From Rhizaria sp. SCN 62-66 (lineage: Eukaryota): 64,000 bases of DNA. The stretch lies in contig MEDY01000009.1 in the NCBI GenBank assembly GCA_001724265.1, positions 186,001 to 250,000 on the forward strand, read 5' to 3'. This document shows, piece after piece, positions 55,345-64,000 of the stretch (position 1 is its first letter; the number at the start of each line of letters is the position of its first letter). The position numbers were made by a program, and so were the translations under genes. The notes under the pieces were generated by a model. That model searched no databases. It was given only the letters and a program-made list of their open reading frames with translations, and was not told where the DNA came from.

Positions 55345-58300
55345 TCACTGCTGTTGCACGCCGCGATGCACCGCCTGCGGCCGCATCAACGGCCTCTACA
55401 TGGCCCCGGCGCGGTTCTGGTCAGCGCCCTCCCACACCACGGGCGGGCCCCCCGGCGCCGTGTCGCGCGGAAATGGCGTGAAGAGGTAGCCCAGCAGCTC
55501 AGTCAGCACCGCGGGGTCCGCCAGCGGGTTGCCGTCGAAGGCGGCGCGTAGCGGGGAGTGTGCGCCGAGCCGCGGATGAAGCCCGTGTGCGAGCGCGGCC
55601 ATGGCCAGCTCGGCGTCGCGCAGCTCGTTGGTCTTGAGCGTCACGTCGATCACGGTCAGTGGGACCGTCGTCGCGTCCTTGGTGACGTACTGCCTCGGTT
55701 GCTGCGACTGGTGCGGATGCTGCTGCTCTAGGCTCGGAAACGACAGAGGCGCGGGAACGCGGACGGAGGTAATCCACGCGTTGCGGAGCAGTGGTGGGAG
55801 ATCGACCGACGCGCGCGCGGACTGCGGGTCGAACGGCGTCAAGGGCACCGACGCATGCACAAAATCAAACTCGAGGAGGCTCGTGTTGCGCATGACCGCA
55901 CGCGTGAGGGCCAGAATGCCGGCCTCGCGCAGGTGCGAGCGCGTGAGGTCAATGCGCCGGAGCCGCGTGCGCTCGATGGCGGGGGCGAGGATGTGGACGA
56001 CGGAGCGCTCGGAGAGGTGCGTGCGCGAGACAGAGAGACTCGTCAAGAAATCGCTTAAAACGAGCGAGGCGAGCGCCTGCATACCGGCGGAGTCGAGGCG
56101 AGAGGCATCTAAAGAGAGCGTGCGGAGGTTGGTGGCGCAAACAAGAGACTCTGCGACGAAGTTGAACGAAGTGCCGGTCAAGCCGCACTTGGAAAGGTTC
56201 AGCCGTGCCAGCGGGATCGTGGGACGCCGGGAATATGCGAGGTGGAGCGCCGCACCAAGAGCGGGACCGAGCTTGGGATTCATGGATAAGTCGAGCGACA
56301 GCAGGGACGAGGTATGCAAAAGCAAACTTGTCAGCGCAAGACTCGCCTGAAAATCGACGAATCACAAAAATTAAGCGAGGATGTGGAAAAGATAAGAAAA
56401 TTGAGTTAGGACAACGTGTCAAAATACAGTTCAGGATTATAGTAGAACATTTAAAATAGCGTATAATAAAACCTTGTCAAGTTTCATACCTCTTCGGTGA
56501 TCCCGTTATCCGCTAAATGCAGAACCTTGATCGAGTCACCCATCTCCACTGCCCTCATTATAACGGCAGCGCTGAGCCCTTCAAGTTCATTCTCGTTAAG
56601 GTTAAGCTCCGTGAGTCCGCGGTTCCGGGCAAGCCCGGGCGCGAGCCCTCGTGCCGCGCGCGCAGTGATGTTCATCTGACCCATGTCGAGCCTGCGCAGC
56701 GCCGCGTTGACCGTGAGCGCGTCACCTAGCACGCGACCCGCGTCAGCGGTCATGGCGTTGCGGCACATGACGAGCTCCTGCAGCGCGTTGTTGCAGCCTA
56801 AAGAGCGCATCAGAGCGAGCATGCCGCGGGAGAGGATCTTGCACGAGATGATGTTGAGGTGCTGCAGCGATGATGAGGCCGACGGGTCAGAAAGGAAACC
56901 GGCCAGCGCGACGGCGCCAGCGTCGCCCAGGGGGTTCGAGCTCAGATTCAGCGACCGAAGCGCGGCGAGCGCCGCGGGCGCGGAGGGCGTGATGGCAACA
57001 AGCGGGGACAGTAGCCACGCAGGCGGAGTCGAGAGCTCGTACGGGTATTGATACTTGGACTTGTTCTGTGTCTTACCATTCGCACCGCTGCCAAGTCCGT
57101 TCTCATGAGCATCAATCGCGTTGCCATAAGCAACTGCATGGCCGCCCGCATTATGACCATGGCCCAGGTCAGCAGTGTCGTCGCCCTCACTGGCGTCGAG
57201 AGAAAAGTAGTCGTCTTGTTTCTTGACCCGGGCGTTCGCCGCCGCTGCAGCCGCAGCCAGTCCCCCTGCGCCACCCGCGCCCGCGGCCGTCGCCGCACCA
57301 GCAGCAGCAGCGGCGGCCTCAGCAGCCTCGCGGCGCTCGCGGCGCTGGTTGGCGAGCACCTGCGCCCACGTCTCGCGGCACCGCAGCCTGAGGCGCGCGG
57401 TCGCGGACACTGCGTCCGCGGCGGCCGAGGTCGACAGCGGTAGCCGCTCGGCCGAGAGGAACATGGGGGGGTGAGGCGCGAGCGCGGAGCAAAGCGCATC
57501 GTTCGCGCTCGTGTTGATCACCAGAGGGCTCGCGGCGCCGTGCGCGCCGTGCGCAGGCGCCGAGCACAGCGAACCGGTGCAGTCGGTGGGCGCGTGCGCG
57601 TGCGACGCCGTGCCTGCGGCGGCGGCGGTCGCGGCGGCGGAGGCCGCGGGGTGCGCCGGTCTGTAGCGGTGCGTGCGCGTGAGACTGGCCGGCGCGGGCG
57701 TGAGCGGAAACAGAAATGACTGGGAGAGGCCGTGCAGATAGTCGGCAAGCAAGGGCTCGGCAGCGGCAGCAATGGCAGAGTCATCGCGGCTTCCGTCAAC
57801 GCTGAACACGGAGTTGGGAGCTTTGCTGCCATCAAAGTCGAAGCCCTCATCGTCAATGTCAGAGTTATTATCGCCGTCGTCGTCGTCGCCGCAGTCGCTG
57901 TTACAGCAGCTGCAGAAGCCTTCCTGGTCACAGTCGTCATCGCCGCAGTCAGTCTCGTCGGCGTCCGCGCTCTCGGCCTCCCCGTGGTCGCCGCGGCCGC
58001 AGAGCGCGGAGGACGTCGCTTCGTCGGCGCCGAGCTCGTCCCAGTGCCACGCCAGCTCCTCGTCGTCCTCCTCGCGCTCGCACTCCCACCTCGGCAGCCA
58101 CAGCGGCGCGCCCCCGCTGTCATGCTTGCCCGTTACAACAGCCGTGCTCGCGGGAACCGTCGAGATCGCCCGCATGCGCGCGGTAAGGGACAGCGGCTGC
58201 GCGTCGAACCAACCCGCGTTGGCGCCCATGCGCAGCGGCGGCAGCACGAGCCCGTCCGCGGTGTCCGCGTCGGCGACGTCGTTGTGCGTGTCACCCACAG

Positions 58301-61300
58301 CGGAGTCGCGGCAGTAGCGGATGTGATTCGCGTGCGCCTGTTCGTGAATCAGGGTCGTAGTTCCTGAACCGCTGCTAGCGCTACCGCTTACTGTCGTGGA
58401 AACGCCGGAGCCCGTGCCGAGGATCGCGTCACTAACGCGCTTGCCTAGCCGGCAGCCGCACGGGCACGAGCACTCGACGGGCGTCGCACAGCTCGCGGCG
58501 CTGGCGCCGCTTGCCGAGGGCGCCGCCGCGGCGCCGCCCGTAGCGCGGTGGCAGGGCAGCGCGAGTGGGCACTGGCAGAGCCCCGTGCCCCAGCCCAGCG
58601 CGCCCGCCGTGACAGGCGGCAGGAGCATCTCCTCTTGCGGGTCCCCGTTGGGCGACACCGACGCCACCAGCCGCAGCGCGCGTGCGAGGACAGTCGCCGC
58701 GGCCGCGGTCGCCGCGTCGGCCGCCGCGCTGGCCGCAACCGCCTCGACAGCAGCGGCGGTCGCGGCAGCGGAACGCTCCGCAAGCGCGGCCGACGTCGCC
58801 GGCGTCGAGGCCGCGGCGGCAGCGTCCGCAAGCAGCGAGGGGAAGCGCTCCACGGCGTTGGCGACCTGCGCAGGCAGGTACGCGAGCGGCGCGGCGGGAT
58901 CCAGCGGCCCATAGTAGGCCACAGCGGGCGTGGCGTCCGCGACCAAAGTCGGCGCGGGCACCAGCGCCGGTGGCAGCACCAGCGGGCCCGCCTCGGCCCC
59001 AGTCGCGGCGCCCAGCGCGGCGGCGGCGGCGGCGGCGGCAGCAGCAGGGCTGCCGGCGGCGTCGGCGGCGTTGTCGGGCGCAGACAATGCGGTCAGTCCG
59101 AGCACGGCCGCGGCGGCCGCGGCGCCAGCCTCGGCGGAGCGGAGCGCGGCGACGCGCGCCAGCAGCGCGGGCCACGTCGAGGCCGACGTGTGGTAGACCG
59201 TCGACGCGTTGTTGCGCGGCACGGTGACCGCGGATGACGTCCACCACAGCGCGCCGGCGCCCGCGTCGGCCCCGGCCGCCACCGCGGCAATGGTGCTCTC
59301 CGCTGCAGTGGGCGGGGTCACGGGGCCGGACGGATAGTTGGTGCGCACAGGCGGGGCCAGCGCGGCCGCCACCGTGCTGTGGTTGGTCATCGCGGCCGCG
59401 AACGCGGCATCGTCGTCCGCGGACGCCGCGTCCTTGCTCCTGCCGCGCGAGCCGGCGGTCGCACCGGCGGAGCCGCGGGACGTGCCCTGGCCCGCGGGCT
59501 TGGTGGCGGCGTCGCTGAGCGATCCGGGCAGCGAGGGCAGCGCGGCCGCGACGAGCCCCTCTACGCGCGCGGGCAGCGGCAGCGACGAGGCGTGCTTGAC
59601 CAGCGCCTCGAGCACCGAGTCCACGTTGGCCTCGAACAGCACCAGCGGCGATGCAGCCATCGACGACAGCGCAGAGGGCGGCGCGCGCGTGCGCGCGGGG
59701 TTGCTGTGCGGCGCGGTAAGTGTGTGCGCGAGCGACGTCAGCGAGCTGTCGGACGGCAACGGCGCGGAGGCGAAGGCGGCCGCGGCGGCGACGGCGGCGG
59801 CGTACACGGCCACGCCCCACTGCCGCTCGATGCTCGGCGCGTCCGTCGGCGGCAGCCCCAGCGCGGCGGCCGCGGCGGCCGTGGACGCGACGGCCGCGGC
59901 CAGCGCGTTGGCGGCGGCGGCCTTGGCAGTCGATAGCGCAAGCGCCACGGCCTGCGAGCTGAAGCCGACCGAGGGCACGTAGCCGCCGGGGCGCACGTTC
60001 AAGGCCTCGACCACGGCGCGCGCCACCATCGATGCGCCGCGGGGCACGACCAGCGCGGCGCCGTGGCCGCCACCACTGCCCACGGTCACGAAGGCGTCCG
60101 ACGGCAGCACGGGGATGTGGCTGTGGCGCGCAGTCACGGACTCGCTCTGAATTGGAAAGGAAAAGTAGCAAGAAAAGATTAGAGAATTTAGCATAGTGAG
60201 AGTTTTAGAAATAGTGGCGTCATGACATAAAAACAAACTATTCAACGAAATAGTGATAAAAACGAGAGTTGGATCTCATAAGAACGTACCCCGTAGCCGG
60301 AGCGGTCGAACTGGCGGGCCGCCACGGGGTCAGCGCGCGCGGGCACGAGCGGCTCGCTCTGCACAGCCGGCAGCCGCTCCGCGCGCACCACAAGCGCGGT
60401 GGTGGCGAGCAGCGGCGCGAAGTACTCCGAGTGCGCGCTCTTCTTCTCGGCCGTCGCCGCGGCCTTGGTGCTGGCCGTGACGGGGTGCGGAAACGGGTAG
60501 TAGCACGGCACGAACGCCGGCAGCGGCAGCGGCAGCGGCAGCGCCACGGGCGCCGGGTACGCCGACAGCGGGAACGACGTCAACGGCCACAGCCGCGGCT
60601 GCAGCGCGCCCAGCGGCCGCGCATTGAAGAATGTCAGCGCAAGGGTGCTGGTCGGCACCAGCGGCAGCGGCACGGCGGCCACAGCGCGGGAGCTGGCAGC
60701 CGCGACGGCGCGCAGCGAAGCCAGCAGGCCCACGACCGGGCTGCGCTCGGCGGCCGTCAGCGCAAAACCCGAGGCGTTACGCGCGGTCGTGACAGCTGCT
60801 GATGTGGCCGGCGCAGAGGCTGCACCAGCAGCCGCAACTGCGGCAACGCAGTCTGCGCAGTCGAGCGAGACCGGCAGCGCACCGCCGCCGTTGGAGTGGT
60901 GCGAGAGAGCGGCAAATTGCAGAGTGCGCTCGGCGTCGGCGTGCGCGGCGGCCAGGACGAGCCACGCCGCGCGGTCGCGCGTGACGCTCATCGGCGGCAC
61001 GGCGGGAAAGTGCGCGCGCGGCAGGCCTGCGGCGCCGCTGAAACCAGCGCACACGGGGAATACGGGCTGCGCCTGAGAGAGGCGCAGCGCGGCGTGCGCG
61101 ACGCACGTGCCGCCGCTTGCAGTCGCGGTCATAGTCGCAGTTGCGTTCTGGTTGCGGGGACTGTTAGCGTTGGCGAGCGCAGCGGCGAGCGCCGGGTTGG
61201 TCGGCAGCGTGCGCGCCCAGTCGTGGTCAACGGCGCCGGCGTGCGCGGACGCGGCGGCTGCCAGCGCCGGGGCCAGCGAGGCCACTGCAGGGCCCGCACT

Positions 61301-64000
61301 CGCTGTGTTGGGACTGTGACTATTGTAGCTGTAACTGTGGCCGTGGCCGTGGCTCGACGGCGACTGCGCGGGCGAGGACATGCGGGTCAGCAGGTGCGAC
61401 AAGTGCGCGCGGGAAGTCAGGTACGCGTGCTGCGCCGCGACGGTCCCAGTGTGCGTCCCTAACGCAGTCGCGGCAGACGTTGCACTGAATGCAGCGCCTG
61501 CACTGTAGGGCGACGGGAGGAACAGAGGCAGTGTGTCGTCCCCGAGCGTCGCTGTCGACTCCAGCGACGAAGCGAGAGCCTGGGGCGAGGCCGGAAGCAC
61601 GACGCCTGCGGCAGCGCACGCCGCAGCCAAAGCGGCAGCGTCATCGTCGCCAGCAGCCTCGCGGCGCAGCGCGAGAGCCGTGTACTGCAGGCTCTTGAGC
61701 GCGTCCATCTCGACCGCGCGCGCGCGCGACGAAAGCCACGCCGCGACGGCCGACAGCAGCGGGGACTCCCCCGCCGCGCCCGCGGCCGCGGCGCCGCGCA
61801 GCCAGAGCGCGCCGCTGGCCGCGCCGCCACAGTAGCCGCGGTGGCCCGGCACGCCCAGCGTCGAGGGCAGCCCCGCGGCCACGGCGGCCACGGCCGCGGT
61901 CGCCGCGGCGGCCACGCGCCCGCCGGGCCCCGCGTGCGCCTGCGCGAGCGCCGTGGCGGCCGCCGCGGTGGCGTGGTGGCGCCGCGACAGCAGCGCGTAG
62001 TCGTGCGAGCGGTTGCGCGGCGCCGCCAGCACGCGCGGCGCAAAGCCCACGGCGCCGCGCGCGGGCTGGCCGGCGTAGCGCGCGAGCGTGGGCAGCAACG
62101 CGGCCAGCGCGGCGGCGTCGATCCGGTTTGACGCGATCCCCAGGTGCGACACGCCGGGTGACGCGCGCACGAGTGTTGCCACCGCAGGCGCGTGCGCGGC
62201 GCGCAAAGAGTTGGATGTCAGGTGCAGCGACTGCACGGCCGTCGTGCGCGTCGCCGTGACCGCCGCGAGTAGCAGCAGGTGCGCGGACGTCGCGGGCACG
62301 GCCGTAGCAAGCGCACGCGCGGCTGCGGCCTCGGCAGCGACGGCGCTGTCGGTCGGCGACGCGGGCACGCCGAGCAGCTGCGGCAGGAAAGCTGGCAGCG
62401 GCTGCGGCGCGGCGAGGTGCGGCGCGTAGGGCCGCGGCAGCAGATGCGGCCCCATGGGCTCAACCGGGTAGCCATAGTGCTGCGCGGGCGGGTCCGACTG
62501 CACGACACACACGGATGCGGAGTCGACTGTGTCCGCGCCGTCGCCTGTACCGCTGCTCTTGCTGTTGTTCTTACTCCCGGCCGCGAGCAACGGCGCGCCG
62601 CGAGCGTCAGCAAAGAGCGCGTACGGCACGCAGCGCGGGTACGCGTGGTTGTAGGCGTTGAAGTGCCGCCAGAACCGGCGGTTGGACGCGGCCATGTACA
62701 GCACAGTCCACAGCGCGGCGGGCGACAGCGCGGCGGGCGAGGACGCGCCGTCAGTGCCGACGCCGATACCGCGGACCGACAGGCCGAGCGCGGCCGCGGC
62801 GGCAGCGGTCGCCGAGGCAGCCGCAGACGCCGCCGCAGTGGCTGCAGACGTCGACGCAGCGTGCGTCAGAGCATTCGCATGCAAATGCGTGTGCACATGC
62901 GACTGCAGGTGAGGCGGCAGCATCGCCGCGGCAAGCGCGTGGAGGTCGGGCACAACCGCCGGCAGCGACAGCGGGCGCGGCACGGTGATCAACGACGGCG
63001 CGATGCACGCCCAGAGCAGACGGGACAACGTGGCGGCAGCAGTGACGGTGACTGTAGAATGTGAAGAAGACGACGACGATGACGATCCAGACGAAGAAAC
63101 AACTGCTGAGGAGGATGCTGGGAACATGTGTCCATACGAAGCAGCGGCGGCGGCCACGGTCGCGGCGGCGGCGTCGGCGGCGTTGCTGCCTCTATTCGCC
63201 GCGGCCGTCAGCAATGCAAACGCGGCGGGTGACAGCGGGGGCAGAGCGGCAAGCAGCAGAGCAAGCAGCGGCGTGTGCAGCGCCAGCGGCGTCGGCACCG
63301 AGACGAAGGAAAACACGTGCGCAGGCTTAACCATCGTCACGCCGCCGTTCGCGGACACATTCGTCGCGACCGCGGCAGTCGACGTCGCAGCAGCGGCCGC
63401 GCTCGCACCATTCGCACCGGGCGCGCCCGCGTTAAAGGCGACGAACGCGTTCGCGGGCGCCGGCAGCGCGACGCGTACAGTCTGCGGCTCGGCGGTGACG
63501 GCGGCGCGCACGGCCGCGGTCGCGGGGGGACGCTGCGCGGTAAAACACGCAAACAGCGGGGCAGGGGAACGCGCGGCCGCGGGCGCGTAGGCCGTGTCCA
63601 CGCGCAGCGCCTCCATCATCGCAGTGGCCGCGGCGGCGCTCAGGGGACGCGTGCCTGTGATCACACGCGACGCGTCCGCGGCGGCGGCCGCCGCAGCGGC
63701 GGGCGCAAGCGCGGGCGCGGGGCCGAGCGGAGGCATAACCGGCAGGGCTTGACCCGCGGCAGTGACGGCCGGCAGCAGCGCACGAGGCCCCAGCGCGATG
63801 AGATTGCTAATATTGTTATCATTCGCAATGTTGCTGCCATTCGAATTAGCACTGCCATTGCTGTGGATGTTACTGTGGTTCGTAAGAGGGCTGGCGGTGC
63901 CGTGCGGGCGTGGCGTGGTCAGGTCGGCACCAGCGGCGGTGAGTACCGTGGCCAGCGGCGGCAGCGGAACGCCGTCGCAGGGCCCTGAGAGCGCGGCGAG
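55345..64000 (-). CDS. Large RNI-like leucine-rich-repeat protein, 5'-partial; exons 64000-60290, 60146-56490, 56346-55345 (55396 if TAG is read as stop)
   Basis: LRRs LRSLNLSSNPLGDAGAVALA, LTELNLNENEL, LSLDLSMNPKLG, LARLNLSKCGL. Two phase-0 introns, 60289-60147 and 56489-56347, join three ORFs. Frame is open to the window edge. TAG 55396-55398 is followed by 16 sense codons to TGA. Confidence 0.8.
56347..56489 (-). other. Spliceosomal intron (143 bp) in the LRR gene
   Basis: GTATGA...TTTTCAG, phase 0. Confidence 0.85.
60147..60289 (-). other. Spliceosomal intron (143 bp) in the LRR gene
   Basis: GTACGT...TTCAG, phase 0. Confidence 0.85.

Noticed and set aside
13202-55398. Pyrrolysine, programmed readthrough or A-to-I editing (UAG to UGG) as the explanation for the internal TAGs
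   Set aside because: There is no shared downstream motif, pyrrolysine is not known in eukaryotes, and Trp fits the poly-Q coiled-coil context poorly. These are disfavoured but not formally excluded without RNA data.
56347-60289. Both LRR-gene introns are exactly 143 bp
   Set aside because: Their sequences are not obviously similar and the length lies within the local 129-224 bp range, so this is likely coincidence rather than an introner element.
177-63988. Hundreds of overlapping antisense and alternate-frame ORFs (for example 17525-19711+, 21059-22621+, 58432-60171-)
   Set aside because: Expected shadow ORFs in very GC-rich, triplet-repetitive exons. They translate to poly-Arg, poly-Leu or poly-Cys with no domain signal.

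Overview
Gene-dense eukaryotic (protist-like) nuclear DNA with very GC-rich, Ala/Gln-rich coding exons, AT-rich spacers and short GT-AG introns (129-224 bp). About 16 protein genes can be modelled: two ankyrin-repeat proteins, UPRT, a PQ-loop protein (SLC66A2/PQLC1-like), PEX2, an AlaX/AARSD1 editing protein, a large Gln-rich protein, a TMEM94-like protein, a 4486-aa APC1, a small basic mitochondrial-type protein, NAA10, a Ser/Thr-rich unknown protein, a CCCH/coiled-coil protein, a TM+SAM protein, a TKL kinase with Sel1 repeats, and a partial LRR protein. The main observation is that TAG does not behave as a stop codon. Five genes carry a single in-frame TAG followed by coding-like sequence, and three of these TAGs join two ORF-track ORFs exactly in frame. 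All 14 other gene ends are TAA (10) or TGA (4). This points to a variant nuclear genetic code with UAG as sense (Gln best guess) and UAA/UGA as stops. It is an inference from one window and needs genome-wide confirmation. No rRNA, tRNA, CRISPR or mobile element was recognised.
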